64,000 nt of DNA from Felis catus (lineage: Eukaryota): the NCBI RefSeq assembly GCF_018350175.1, contig NC_058368.1, positions 100,752,001-100,816,000 on the forward strand, in the 5' to 3' direction. This document shows positions 50,125-63,652 of this stretch, piece after piece. Both the position numbers and the translations under genes were made by a program. The notes under the pieces were generated by a model. That model made no database searches. It saw only the letters and a program-made list of their open reading frames with translations, and was not told the origin of the DNA. Each line of letters opens with the position of its first letter. Position 1 is the first letter of the stretch.

Positions 50125-50875
50125 TAGAAAAACTAACTTTTAGGTAATTTTAGGCTATTAATATTACTCTAAAATATTTGCAAGATTTAACAAATTTCTG
50201 TGCTTTCTTCTTGAGAATAACCAGACTTGCCTGCAGAGCTGCTCCTAGATTGCTTATTTACAACGGCATTAAAAAGTGCTTCCCTGCAGTCTCATGCGGT
50301 TACCATTTTTCCTACTTACTGCTTTATAGTCCTTTCGTTGTCTTCAGGAAGAATGTGTGTTTACTGGGTTATTAGACAAATCATGGTGCTGAACATTCTA
50401 GTGTAATTATTTCTACTGATAGGTAGTGTGCTACGGGCAAAAGTAATGGCTACTTCCTCCTGGTCATTAAAGACTAGAGACAACTTCAGAAAGTGCTAGT
50501 ATTAAAAATCATTAAGGTGTTAGTTTAATAATGTGAACCTCAAGATTCTGTATATAGAACAAAGAAAACTTCGACAGTACTCTTCCAGAAGACTAAATCT
50601 GCCGAGGTGTGAGAACACAGGCTTTCTGTAACTTCTCCAGATGATCCTTTTCCTAGTTTCTGTACGTGTGTGTTGTGAATGTGTGTGTGTGTGTGTGTGT
50701 TTTTAATATTGTCAGGAAATATGAAAGCTTTTGTTTTTCAGAAATGGAATGCTGAGTGGCTTTTTAAATTGTTTTGACACTGACCCTAATAAAAGATCGT
50801 GAAAATTAAAGTTATTAGTGTTAAAACAGTAATCTAAATTGGAATCTTTAACATCAAAAAAGTTATCTTTTCTAG

Positions 50876-50942
50876 ATTGAAGAAGAAGCAAATGGAGATG
50901 TTTTTGACATAGAAATTGGTGTATCAGATCCGGAGAAAGTCG
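50876..50942 (+). CDS. SNX2: SNX2 coding exon 4 (IEEEANGDVFDIEIGVSDPEKV; start of PX domain)
   Basis: Acceptor cttttctag|ATT, donor GTCG|gtgagt; 67 nt. Confidence 0.96.
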
Positions 50943-51318
50943 GTGAGTCAATATTTAGTACACTTTAATTTCGTTCTTTTTGATAAGTACCTTGGTTGTT
51001 AATATGCTGTTTTTCTTAAGTGCAATGTTAACAGTATTAAAATGGTACTTTCATTTTTAAGCTTCTGGGGCTTTTTACTCTAAATTTTACTTTTTTACTC
51101 ATTTTACTTTTTTCAGCTTTATTAAATTATAATTAACAAATGATCGTATATATTTAAAGTATACAGGATGCTGATTTAATATATGTACACATTTAATATA
51201 TGTATACAATAATACATTACCACAATCAAGTCAGTCAACGTATTACTTCACATAGTTACCTTTGTGTGTGTGTGTTAAGCTTATTATTTTTAATAGTATT
51301 GTTTGACTTTTCTTGTAG

Positions 51319-51362
51319 GTGATGGCATGAATGCTTACATGGCATATAGAGTAACAACAAAG
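51319..51362 (+). CDS. SNX2: SNX2 coding exon 5 (GDGMNAYMAYRVTTK)
   Basis: Acceptor tttcttgtag|GT, donor AAG|gtaagc; 44 nt. Confidence 0.96.
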
Positions 51363-52730
51363 GTAAGCCTTTGCTCCTTCAGAGAAGTAGTAAGCCCTCA
51401 CCATGTGTAGTATGAGATTACAACATCCTGTCTTTACACAGGTTACCATCCAGTGAAGGTTTCACATAAGTAGTTACATGAGTTATGGTTTGTTAAGTAC
51501 AGTATTCTGTAAAGTAGAGGTAAAGTATTTTGTATTTTGTATGTAGGGAGGAACCTAATTTAGACAAAGATAGGGGAAAATGATGGGCGAGAGAGGTTCT
51601 TGGAGAAAGGAGAAGAATGCTTGCTCCAGGCAAAGCGATTTGCTTTTGTAAAGGCCAGACCTCCAGAAAACAGTGTGCTTTCTGGGATCTGCAAGACATG
51701 ATACCTGATTGAATTGTTCCTCCCTGTATTACCAGCAGCCACATGAAGGAACTTGGGTTCGTCCTGAGTATAATGGAGAGCAACTGAAGAGATTCAAGCA
51801 AGAGTGTGGCACAATTAGATTTTTCTTTTAGAAAGATCTCTCCGATTCCTAATTTGGGAGGGCAAAGTATAGGTCAAGATTTCCAGTTAATTCCATTGTC
51901 ATTTCTAAAGGATTGTAGACCTTCGGATCTTAAAAGAGACAAAGAGGATCTGCAGCATTCCTAGCTGTGAGAAGTAATATTTTATACTAAAGAGTAGATT
52001 CTGGGGATGAACAAAATAATGGCTTCCTGAGTTGTGTAGGGAGTGGAATCAGTAGAGCTTGGATGTGCAGAGTGAAAGAGAGATGCCTAAGTTACCGACT
52101 AGAGGATCTCTGTGGTTGTGTCAGAGTGATCTCAGAGAAAAGGCAACACAGAGGGAGCAACACAGTTTTTGGATGGGGGTAAAGAATTTGTTAATTCATT
52201 CAACAGATATTTATTAAACACTTAATCGTGGGGTCTGGCTCGTTTCCAAGCACAAGAGTTTATAATAGGAAACAGTACAGACACGTGCCCTTCCCACATG
52301 GAGATTATGTTCCAGCAGGAGATGTGGTGAACTTGAGGTGGCAGTCAGATTTAAGTGGAAGTGTCCCTTGGGCATTTTGATATATTGGACTGAAGCTCAG
52401 AGGAGATCTGGGCCAGAGGTAAAGATTTAAGAGTCATTGACCTAAATGTAATTAGAGTTGATAAGATGAGTCAAGGATAGAATAAAGCAAACATTTTGTC
52501 CTTTTAAGTCTCTGTAAAAACAAAACAAAACAAAACACAACGTATAATAACGTAGGAATTTTTTTTTTTTTGGTTAGAAATGTGTATTACACATTAGTTA
52601 GCTACCCTGTGGTCTTTTGCAAAAGTAAAACGTGTGTGTAGGTATACATATGTTCACAGGTTTATGTGATGCTAACTTCTGAAGAATTGCTTAGTATTCA
52701 AAATTTAAAATGCCTCTTCTTCACTTGTAG

Positions 52731-52872
52731 ACTTCTCTTTCCATGTTCAGTAAGAGTGAATTTTCAGTTAAAAGAAGATTCAGTGACTTTCTCGGTTTGC
52801 ATAGCAAATTAGCAAGCAAGTATTTACATGTTGGTTATATTGTGCCACCAGCTCCAGAAAAGAGTATAGTAG
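52731..52872 (+). CDS. SNX2: SNX2 coding exon 6 ([49 protein letters not shown] core)
   Basis: Acceptor tcacttgtag|ACT, donor GTAG|gtaagt; 142 nt; PX motifs RRFSDF and PPAPEK. Confidence 0.97.
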
Positions 52873-53780
52873 GTAAGTATGAATTTAAAAAAAAAAAAAA
52901 GTTACTGCTACTAGTTCAGTTTTAAACTACCTAGATTATTAGGCTACCATGATCATTTATTATCAGGATAAATTATAGTGTCTGGCAATACTGAATTTAA
53001 TAAACATTCCATTTATGATAATCATTCATCAGTTAAGAATGTATAGGCTCATACTTTTATTTTCTAACCTCTTAGGATTTTTATTTATATAGGATCAATT
53101 TAGGATTTGATTTATATAACGATGTTAAATATTGGGTCTGAATTTGCCAAGTTGAAGACAATCAAACCCTAACATTTTACTAAGTAACATTCAGAAGATA
53201 CTTAATATTGGTAGCATATTAACATTATTCTAAGGAATGAAAGTATTTGGGTTTCAGCTATTCATTGTCCAAAAAGAAGATTTGATCCAGTCCAGATCTT
53301 ATAAGAGGTATCATGTTAGTATATTCCATACCTCAATTTAATGTTTAAAAACATTTCTACCTATACAAGTCATAAAGGCTTAGTTAAAAATCTGTAGAAG
53401 GGAGCAAGCACCTGTTGGTTCTCTTGGCAGAGCGTGCAACTCTTGACCACAGGGTCGGGAGTTCAAGCCCCATTTTGGGTGTAGAGCTTTAAAAAAAAAA
53501 AAAAAAGAATATGCAGAAAATTTCAAAAGAGGGCAACTTACATTGTCCCATTAAAAGACATGTCATCTCTTAAAATTTTGTGCTTCTTTTCTCAGTGTTT
53601 TCAATTTATTGTGAAAATATTCAAATTGAATTTTGCTGATCTTTAAATATTTGTTTTTACTTTTTAAAAACATTTTGTTTGAAGAGCACTTCTGTTGGTA
53701 TCTTTTATGACTTTAAAACCTGACATATTTCAATGCATTTATTATATTCTCTGAGTTTTTTTATTATAAAAAACTTTGTA

Positions 53781-53878
53781 GGGGCACCTGGCTAGTTCAG
53801 TTGGTAGAGCATGTGACTCTTGATCTCGGGGTTGTGAGTTCAAGCCCCACGTTGTGGGTAGAGTCTACTTTAAAAAAA
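53781..53878 (+). mobile_element. Short Can-SINE (similar copies at 44275-44352, 53405-53506, 56476-56574, 58790-58873)
   Basis: tRNA-like head with A/B boxes followed directly by A tail. Confidence 0.8.
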
Positions 53879-53919
53879 CTTTAAAAAATTAAGAATATCA
53901 ATAAATTAAATTTTTGTAA

Positions 53920-54230
53920 GGCAGTGTAAGTTTAAGTGACAAGAGTGGCTTGCTTTTTGTTTGTTTTAGTTTTCCAAATCTCTGATATCTGGCTTAATAG
54001 AAAATAGCTATGTTCTTATATCTGCTTCTGCATTCAATCTGTTGTGATATAACACACCATATAACCTGTGTAAAATTCTGCTGAGCTTTCCTAAAAGGAT
54101 GAGAGTAAAAAAGACAATAGTCTAGTATTATTATGAAAACAGGCTTTTCGGTACACCCTTCCCCGACACCTGTCTGAAAAAGGGTCTCAGAAACCTTCTT
54201 GTATTCTGACTGTATTTTGGGAACTGCTGA
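53920..54230. mobile_element. hAT-Charlie-type DNA transposon relic
   Basis: 'tctggcttaatagaaaatagc..atatctgcttctgcattcaatctgttgtgata..tttgggaactgctg'. Confidence 0.6.
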
Positions 54231-54971
54231 CCTACTTCATCATCTTATTTCTCTTATCTTTAAAACTTTGGCAGTGGTATCTTCTGGCATCCTACTATTT
54301 ATATGGATCTTAAGTTTCCTGTATCACAAATTATTTATTACCTTTTTTTCTTTGATTAGGTTGTGCAACTATTTTTATATATCAAAAGAGGAAAAATAAA
54401 TTATTTTTCTCATTTTGCTGGCTAACATGCTAATCCAGTCTATAAACAATGAGCAAAAAGAATTTTTTTGAAAAAGTAAATTTTAATGTCCAGGTTAATT
54501 GTTTTAAGCTAATATTTTGCCTTAATGATCTTCAACCTTCCACAAATTGTTACAGCATAATAAATAGTATGTGTAAATTTAAAATAGAAGTTAGAAACTA
54601 AATCTTAAGAGCATCCTTTTCTGATGTTGATTCTCACAGGCTTCAAAAGGTTATTAGGGGACAGTCACACGGTTATGTTTGTATTATGCATACACGTGGC
54701 CAAGATTGCCCATTACATTGTAAGGTTATCAATTAAATTATAGGCATAATTAACATTTATTGAAAGTTACTGTGCTAAATAATTTCCAGGAGATTCATTT
54801 AACCTTCACAACAACTTTATGAAGTTAACTTAGTGTTGTCCTTATGTAATAGGTGAGGAAGGTAAGGTTCATCGAGGTTACACAACCTGTCGTGTGCTAT
54901 ATTTATTTATATACTACTTTAACCCAGGAACGACTTGAGGCAGCTACATATATAATGCAGTTAAAAAAAAA

Positions 54972-55139
54972 ATATGTGCACACACAGGTACACATGTATG
55001 TGCGTGTACACGCATATATGTGTGCACACATGTATGCACATACATATGTGCGTGCACACATGTGTATATGTATGCTTGCATGTGTGTATACATATACACA
55101 TATACATATCTATACATATATAGATATGTGTATGTATAT
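54972..55139. repeat. Degenerate (RY)n TA/TG/CA low-complexity tract
   Basis: ~165 bp of near-continuous purine-pyrimidine alternation. Confidence 0.9.
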
Positions 55140-55358
55140 CTAAAGAAAGAAATTAGCAGGAAAAATAACCATAGTCAAACAGTAAGATGAAACCAAGTTA
55201 AATAGTTTCTTTAAAATGTACATGTAAAGTCTGAACAATTACTAAAGGTAATTACTAGAGGTGGGTAACAAATTTGTTGTGAACTTCCTGGCAGCCAAGC
55301 AAATACAGAAGCAGTCATTTTTTCAGATTGTCTTACCAGTTTTTTAAAAAACAAAACA

Positions 55359-55576
55359 GGGGCGCGTGGGTGGCGCAGTCGGTTAAGCGTCCGACTTCAG
55401 CCAGGTCACGATCTCGTGGTCCGTGAGTTCGAGCCCCGCATCAGGCTCTGGGCTGATGGCTCGGAGCCTGGAGCCTGTTTCCGATTCTGTGTCTCCCTCT
55501 CTCTCTGCCCCTCCCCCGTTCATGCTCTGTCTCTCTCTGTCCCAAAAATAAATAAAAAACGTTGAAAAAAAAAATT
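55359..55576 (+). mobile_element. Young felid SINE (SINEC_Fc), followed by an older SINE 55590-55800
   Basis: Same subfamily diagnostics as the intron 3 pair; AAAACAAAACA flanks. Confidence 0.92.
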
Positions 55577-56689
55577 TAAAACAAAACAAAACTCAGTTGG
55601 TTAAGTGTCTGACTCTTGGTTTCAGTTTAGGTCCTGGTTTCACAGTTTGTCTGGGTTCGAGCCCTGTATCAGGCTCTGTGCTGGCAGCACGGAGCTTGCT
55701 TGGGATTCTGCCCCCTCCTCTCTGCCCCTCCCCAACTGGCTCGCAAGTACGCTCTGTCTCTGTCTCAAAATAAATAAATTTAATAAAATAAAAATTTAAA
55801 AAGTGAATAGGTTGTCCACAAAACTGTTGATATATGGGAGGCCCTCTTAAGTATTCAGCCAGTGGTTTTCAACTAACAAACACTTAAAGTGGAGGCAGGA
55901 GAAAAGGAATTGTAATTTGTCGTCTTTGCTGAAAAGTTAGAACTGCCCCTGAAAGAACAGGAGTCTTTTCATTAGCCCACAGGTAACCTGTTTGTAAGAT
56001 TAGTTAACTGAAAACCACTGTTTCACTAAGCTTTTAGAAAAGAACAACAAAGTTGAAAAGTTTTAAGAGTTAATTGGTTAGAGTAAGTGTTTATTTGCTC
56101 TGGTGGCCCTTAATAGTTACCTCTAGCATGAACAGTAGCATGAAGTAGCATGAACAGAAAATCCTTAAAGGGAAAAATGTAAAGAACTTCATAGCAGTAA
56201 GATTTTTTTTGAGGGAAACAATATGTTATATCAGTAACACCCCACTTTTAGTGGTCCATTCATGGCGGGTAATTTTAGGTGTTTGAGTTTTCTTTTTCAA
56301 ACCTGTATTTCAGAAGAATTAATTATGTTAGGCAAAACATTCATAGATGATATGTTTATTTACCAGATGTACCAGCCTGAATAAGAATTACATGGTTTTA
56401 CATAATCTTTTTTAATAGCTTTGTTGAGATGTAATTTAAATGCCGTATGATTTATCCATTTAAAGTGTGTAATTTGGGGTGTCTGGCTGGCTCAGTTGGT
56501 AGAGCATGCGACTCTTGACCTTAGGGTTGTGAGTTCAAGCACCCCATTGGGTGTAGAGCTTACTTAAAAAAAATAGTGTATAATTCAATGTGGTATATAA
56601 GGCTTTTAGTATATTCAGAGTTGTGCATACACCACCACAGTTTTAGAATATCTTCTTTTTAAATAAAATTTTTTAATATTTATTTTATT

Positions 56690-57450
56690 TTTTATTAAAA
56701 ATTTTTTTTAATGTTTATTCATTTTTGAGAGAGAGAGACAGAGCATGAGCGAGGGAAGGGCAGAGAGAGACGGAGATGCAGAATCCAAAGCAGCCTCCAG
56801 GCTCTGAGCTGTCAGCACACAGCCCGACGTCGGGCTCAAAGTCATGAACTGCTAGATCATGACCTGAGTAGAAGTCGGATGTCCAACTGATTGAGCCACC
56901 CAGATGCCCCTCATGTTTATTTATTTTAGAGAGAAAAAGTGCACATGGGCAGGGGAGGGACAGAGAGAGAGAGGATCCAGAGTGGCTTCTGTGCTGACAG
57001 CAGAGAGCCCACCACGTGGCTTGAACCCACGGACTGTGAGATCGTGACCTGATCTGAAGTCAAATGCTTAACCGACTGAGCCACCCAGGCGCCCCCTCTT
57101 TAGTAGCACTTCCCGTTATCCTCTAACTCCCCCAACTCCTTAGGCCTAGGCAGTCTTTATTTTCTTTCTCTCTAGATGTGCCTATTCTGAATGTTTCATG
57201 TAAAGGAAAATAAGTGGGCCTTTGTGACAGGTTTCCTTCACATAGTATTTTTCTTTTAAGAGAGGTAGCAAGCAAGGGAGATGAGAGAGAAGGAGAGAGA
57301 GAGAGAGAGGGCGTGTGCACACATGCATATGAGCCTGAAGCAGGCTCCACACTCAGCACAAAGCATGACCACCAAGCTTGACGCGGGACTCAACCCTGGG
57401 ATCGTGACCCGAGAGTCAGACACTCAGCTGACTAAGCCACCCAGGCGCCG
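56690..57450 (-). mobile_element. Three - strand Can-SINEs (56690-56910, 56912-57096, 57250-57450) inside an old L1 3' fragment
   Basis: SINE bodies separated by L1 3' UTR-like sequence. Confidence 0.85.
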
Positions 57451-58138
57451 CTTTCATAGCGTATCCATGTTGTAGCATATGTCATTACTTCGTTGCTACA
57501 GAATTGATTCTGAAAGAACAAAGCACAAGGAAAAAAGAAAAATATGCAATTTGATACATTATTGTTAAAATTTAAATTGCCAGTACAGAAATGATTAGCA
57601 TGATTTTTTATGAAAGTATTTGTTGTTTCAGCTATTACAAAACTAGCTATAATAAATGAACAAGGTGTTTTTAGACTCTACAACAAGGAAAATACTTAGC
57701 ACACCCATGGATTATACTCCATTTTTCTAGTCCCCAAACCAAAGAACCTTAATTATTACTCATAAGAAATGAAAATAGTAATTGAGCTTAAATTTGCTAA
57801 TTTGAATGTCTTTATGCATATTGAAATGAAAACACATTTTAATTTACCATGAGTGTAATATGTAACAGATAAGGAACGCAAATAGAGTTTAGAAAACTGC
57901 AGACACAGCTCACCCTCTGCTTTATCTGGTTTCATGTTATGCGTACTTAGCAAGATGAGATGTTAATATATGATGAGTTATAATTTCTCTAAAGTATGAT
58001 ACTGGTTATAAGTTTAGGAGCTCTTTTTTTTAATCACATTCAAATTTAAAGTGTATTTTAGATTATGAAGGAATGACTATAAAAAAACTGTTTCAAATAA
58101 CAAAATTATCATGAGTCTCATTGAGTGTTTTTTCAAAG

Positions 58139-58217
58139 GCATGACCAAGGTCAAAGTGGGTAAAGAAGACTCGTCATCCACTGAATTTGTAGAAAAACGG
58201 AGAGCAGCTCTTGAAAG
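58139..58217 (+). CDS. SNX2: SNX2 coding exon 7 ([27 protein letters not shown]); gene continues beyond window
   Basis: Acceptor ttttttcaaag|GC, donor AAAG|gtaatt; 79 nt; exon 8 sequence not found in the remaining 5.8 kb. Confidence 0.96.
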
Positions 58218-58384
58218 GTAATTGTAGACAGCTATGCTTTATTACTGTCATGTTTTTATTTCAGTAATAATAAGTCTAATTCCATTATATGGCACAACTA
58301 TATTTTAATGTTTTTTTTTCACAGTACCATTTCATGGTTCTACTAAGAGTGCTTTAAACTTTTATTAAGAAAATTACTTCTTTC

Positions 58385-58614
58385 GGGGCGCCTGGGTGGC
58401 TCAGTCGGTTGAGCGTCCGACTTCGGCTCAGGTCATGATCTCACAGTCCGTGGGTTCGAGCCCCGCATCGGGCTCTGTGCTGACCGCTCAGAGCCTGGAG
58501 CCTGTTTCAGATTCTGTGCCTCCCTCTCTCTCTGCCCCTCCCCTGTTCATGCTCTGTCTCTCTCTGTCTCAAAAATAAATAAACATTAAAAAAATTTAAA
58601 AAAAAAAAAAAGAA
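58385..58614 (+). mobile_element. Felid Can-SINE
   Basis: Perfect 18-bp TSD AAGAAAATTACTTCTTTC (58367-58384, 58615-58632). Confidence 0.95.
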
Positions 58615-58877
58615 AAGAAAATTACTTCTTTCAACAACACAATACTGTGTTCTGTTTTCGTTAATCATCATAGTGGATTAGTATTTAGCAAATAGTGTGT
58701 CTAATAAAATAACACCTACTTTTGTATCCTGTGTTGTAAGCAGGAATATAAAGGCATTAGTTTGTTGGGGATAGAATTAATGTATCATAGGGGCACCTGG
58801 CTGCTTTAGTTGGTTGAGCATGTAACTCTTGATTGTGGGGTTGTAGTTCCAGCCCCACGTTAGGTGTAGAGATTTGT

Positions 58878-59090
58878 GTGGCACCTGGGTGGCTCAGTTG
58901 GTTAAGCCTCTGACTACAGCTCAGGTCATGATCTCGCAGTTCGTGACTTCAAGCCCCGTGTTGGGCTCTGTGCTGACAGCTCAGACCCTGGAACCTGCTT
59001 CAGATTCTGTGTCTCCCTGTCTCTTTGCCCCTCCCCTGCTTACACTCTGTGTACATATCTCTTGCTCAAAAATGAATAAACATTTAAAAA
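58878..59090 (+). mobile_element. Can-SINE
   Basis: Full body directly after a short SINE. Confidence 0.88.
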
Positions 59091-61259
59091 AATTTTTTGT
59101 AATAAAATAAGATCTGTTTTTAAAAACATAGCTGTATTTTGCATTAGGAGTAAGGAATGGCTAAGCTTGTAAAAAGATACCATGAAACTTGTGAATGGGA
59201 AGAAAGAAATGATAAAAAATATTTGGATTTTTAATATTTAGTGTTATTTAGGTTCTAGGAAGTTATACCCATATTCACATTCTTTGTTGGATAATTTGGC
59301 TCACTATAGTTCCATTGAATTATTACTTGGCTAGGAATGTTATTAAACACAATAAAAAATTAAGTTTGTGCTCCCTCCTTTAATTTTGTATAATTGATTT
59401 TGACTTGAGTGCACAATTGTATGAGTCATTTATTGAGTTGACTGTATGCTTCAAGTCTGATACATTTGCCCTACCTTACTGCATAGTACTTGACATGTTT
59501 CCTTTAGTTTTGAAGGGTTGTCTTCAATGTCACAGACCAAATGAGTTACCGATAGGAGGAACCCACTCCCAGGATCTTAACATTTATTCCTTCCTTGCTA
59601 TGCTGAAAATTAAGAAAAAAAATTTGAAATTATCTTAAAGCCCAACTTTTAGAACGTAAGTTGGTAATCACTTAGACATAGAAATTTTCTAATTTCATAG
59701 GGTTTTTTTGCTTGTTATTTTAATTGAATGTGCTTATTCTTTATTTTCTCTTTTGGCTTAAAATCAGTAGATGAGGTGGATAGGACAGATTTTAAGAAAT
59801 AGTATGTCTATCTCCAGGGTGCACATTATTATTTAAACTATTTTTAAGTCACTTTATTTTTGGGTCTTATTAATAAATTGTTTCCATTTTAACAAAATGC
59901 TGCAGTACAGTCAGGTTTGAACAATTTACAGTAAGAAAGCTGACTATGCAACTTATTATTACAGAAGTCTTAAAGGATGAGATTGTGCCTGTGAGAAAAG
60001 CATTTACTCAGGAAAGGATTAAATTGTGTCCAGAGAAGTTTAGGTTAGGCTTTAGAATTGTTTCTGTTGTGAAAGAGGTCACAGACCAAATGTTTTTAAG
60101 AGTAAAGGTAGATAATGTTCTGCTTCGATTTCGCTTAGTTCTTCCTGAAAGTGTAACCATGACCCTTTGAGAAACCTTTCAAGTCCTATTTTTCTATGAG
60201 TAAATTTGAAATGTTTCAGATGGCATGCTTGATAAGGAACTTAATGAAGATTTATTGTACCAAGGACATATAATTTGATTCTACATTCACCTTTCTCACA
60301 ACTTGAATGCATTGCTTAGTACTTACCATAACATCATGTGGTATGAAACATTGAGGAGAGTTGTAAGGAAATACTGGGATTTGATCTAGTGGATATTTGA
60401 AAACAGTTTCTTTAGTGAAAAATGTTACTTGTTAAGTGCTACCTTAGTGGCTATTGCAGTAATAATAATAAACAAAAGAAACCATATACTATGAGGGAAA
60501 AGTTCATTTTGCATTAAGAAATATGACTAAAGAAAATATAGGTATAAAGAAGCAGAGGAATTGGGATGCTTTTTCTAAAGGGAGTTTTCTGTGGCATTTC
60601 ATACAATTTAAAAATTAGAACAGGCTTCTCTATGGGATGCCTAACCTAGTTTAATCTAGTGGATCAGGGAAGTAGTTTTCTTTGTATATACTATGGTAAT
60701 AAATTTGTGTATTTATTTGTTTGTTCAACTCAGAAAATTTAGATTTTGGTCTTGAATGAAAGGATGAACATCTGGTGTTAAAATACAGGAAGAGAGAGGG
60801 AGTCTTAAGAAAGGGACTCTCCTGGGCCACCCACACTCACTAAAGTAAGCAGAAAGTACTTTTAATAAGAGTTTCTCTAAGATCACTCTCTTGGTTTTCT
60901 TGAGAGTGCTTCACGTTTTATGTTAAGAGCATATTGACTTTATTTCATAGGTAAGGATACACTTCTGCAGATATAAACAGAGAAGTATAGAGTAGCATGA
61001 TAGAGTGTGTAGGGAGTTAGAATCCTTTCTCTGTTGAAGCCTGTATTTCACTACACACTATAAAGTATTTGCGTGGCCTTGGGCGACTTGCTGAAAGCAT
61101 TAAAAGCATTTTTCCTTATCTTAAATGTTATCAGGATTGTGTTCAGTCCAAGCACCTAAAAACTCAACTGGCTTGGCCTTAACAGTTAGTACAGATTAAT
61201 TAATCTACACTTTCCTATCTGGAAGTATTTAGGATTATCCAGTTTTCTGAAAATCTTGT

Positions 61260-62010
61260 TGCCAGTTTCTGATAATCTGGAATACAACCATTTCTCACTA
61301 CTATCATAGTAGTCCAAATGCTGGAATTAACTCCAGTAGGTTCTTAATTGGTTTCTGTTTCCATCCTTGAATCTCTGCTCTTTCTTAATACAGCAATCAG
61401 AACCATCCTCTTGAAATATAAATCACATCATGTTTCTTGTTCCCCATGTCACTCCGTAAAAGCCATAGTCCTTATGATGGCCTGCAGAACCTTATATGAC
61501 CTGCACCGCTCACTCTTACCTGTTCTATCTCCTGTGCCCCTTGATCACACTGCTCCAGGCCACACTCGTCATTTTGCTGCTTCTCAAAGATCCCTGGCAT
61601 TTTCCCACCTTAGAGTTTTCTCACTGGCCTCTCCCGTTGCCTAGAAAACTTTTGTTCTCAAATGTCTGCATGGTAATTCTCTTACCTCTTTTAACTTTAG
61701 ATGTTCAAGTATCATCTTTCCAGTGAAGTCTTTTCTGATCATTGGCTTCATTCTAACCTATTCTCTTTGAATTGTCCCCAACGATACCTTGCACACTTGA
61801 TCTCATTTGCTCTACCTACCGTTCTACCCTCCTTTTTCCATAGCATCTGCCAACTGGTCACATACTGTATATATAATCTGTGTGTTTATTCATGATCAGT
61901 CTTCTCTTACTAAAATACGGTTTTCTCTCATATATTCTGAGTGTTCAGAACAGAAAATGACATGCAGTTAGTAAATGCTTTACAAACATTTGCTGAATCC
62001 ACAAATGAAT
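61260..62010 (+). mobile_element. L2 3' fragment
   Basis: 'cagcaatcaga..aaatcacatcatgt..tcatctttccagtgaagtcttttctga..gtaaatgct..atttgctgaat' resembles the L2 3' end. Confidence 0.65.
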
Positions 62011-62096
62011 GTCATCAAAGCCCAGGCTCTTTCTGCCTTTCTGTTCTTTTGTTCGTTATCATTAGCACCTGTGTTTGAGTTTCAAGCAAGAGAAAT

Positions 62097-62276
62097 TTTT
62101 TTTTGTCAAAAACATTTTTTTATTTTTTATTTTTTTAAATATGAAATTTATTGTCAAATTGGTTTCCATACAACACCCAATGCTCATCCCAAAAGGTGCC
62201 CTCCTCAATACCCATCACCCACCCCCCCCTCCCACCCCCCCCACCAACCCTCAGTTTGTTCTCAGTTTTTAAGAGT
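62097..62276 (-). mobile_element. Short felid L1 3' stub
   Basis: 'atgaaatttattgtcaaattggtttccatacaacaccc'; TSD AAGAGAAAT (62088-62096, 62277-62285). Confidence 0.88.
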
Positions 62277-62659
62277 AAGAGAAATGTTTTTAACTTTATT
62301 CCTCTCAATTTTGTGTAACCTGCTTTATTTTGTTTTGTTTTCAGTAAGTCAGAACTTAAAACCCTAAGCGATTCTTCTAAATTTTTTAGTAACCCTTCCT
62401 TGGAGCAAATCTGCAGAACTACTGTCTCATGTTGAGTGTGATACTTACTTGTCAGCTTTTCCATTGTGTCTTCATTTCTTTCTTCTTCCAAATGTGTCTC
62501 TTTCTCCCCACGCCTCTTTTCAGGTCCTCTCCCTGTGTTCCCTCTTCTCCCTGTATTCTTTGCCTGTTTTTGTTCTGTATCCATCCTTTATAGATCTACA
62601 ACCCTGCGGACCTTAATTCTGAATGGTGAATATTTACATATATTCATTAATTTAAAAAA

Positions 62660-63450
62660 TGTCTTAAGATGCTCAACAGCACTCATCATCAGGGAAATGC
62701 AGATTAAAACTACAGTGAAATATCACCTCACATATGTGAGAATAGCTAAAATCAAATAGTTAAGAAACAAGTGTTGGCAAGAATATAGAGAAAAAGGAAC
62801 CATTTTGCACGGTTGGTGGGAATGCAAACTGGTGCAGCCACTATGGAAAACAGTATGGAAGTTCCTCAAAAAGTTAAAAAGAGCTACTACAATCCAGGAA
62901 TCTTCCTATCGTGTATTTGCCCAGAAAATACAAAAACATTCAGGGGAATGCATGCACCCCTATGTTAATTGCAGCATTATTTACAATATGGAAGTCGCCC
63001 AAGTATCCATGGATAGATGAATGGATCAAGATGTGTTTGTGTGTGGATAAAATGGAATATTAGCCATAAAAGGAAATGAAATCTTGCCATTTGCAACAAC
63101 ATGGGTGGAGCTAAAGAGTATGTTACTAAATGAAGTAAGTCATTCAGGGTAAGAAATGCAATATGGTTTCGTTTATCTGTAGAATTTAAGAAACAACAAA
63201 TGAGCAAAGGAAAAAAAGAGAGAGGAAAACCAAGAAACAGACCCTTAAATATAGAGGACAAACTGATGGTTACCAGAGGGGAGGAGAGGGGAGGGAGTGC
63301 AGTAGGTGATGGGGATTAAGAGTGCACTTACCCTGATGAGCACTGAGTACTGTATAGAACTCTTGAATCACTGCGTAGTATGCCTCAAAGTAATACCAAC
63401 ACTGTATGTTAACTACAGTGGAACTAAAATTTAAAAAATTTTTTTAAAAA
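62660..63450 (+). mobile_element. L1 3' fragment (sense)
   Basis: 'agatgctcaacagcactcatcatcagggaaatgc..ggaatgcaaactggtgcagccact..gatgagcactgag'. Confidence 0.9.
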
Positions 63451-63652
63451 TGAAAAAATATACATCCCTATGAACATAAGGATTATGAAGATGAAGGATA
63501 GTTTCATGGCTTGTAAGAAATGATGAAAGTGATAATGATAGAAAGATTGATGTGAAGGGAGAGCAAAATGCAAATCTGTTCCTTTATTGTCTAATTTAAA
63601 AACACAAACCACTTAGTAAAATAGGAATTGTCATTTAAAATGTGCCTATTGA

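Noticed and set aside
53781..53878. tRNA genes at short tRNA-like elements (also 41236, 44275, 53405, 56476, 58790)
   Set aside because: Degenerate Can-SINE heads with A-rich tails and no intact cloverleaf
62135..63261. 149-aa and neighbouring ORFs near the window end
   Set aside because: Derived from L1 3' fragments and purine/pyrimidine-biased sequence; not SNX2 exon 8 and no intact L1 ORF2
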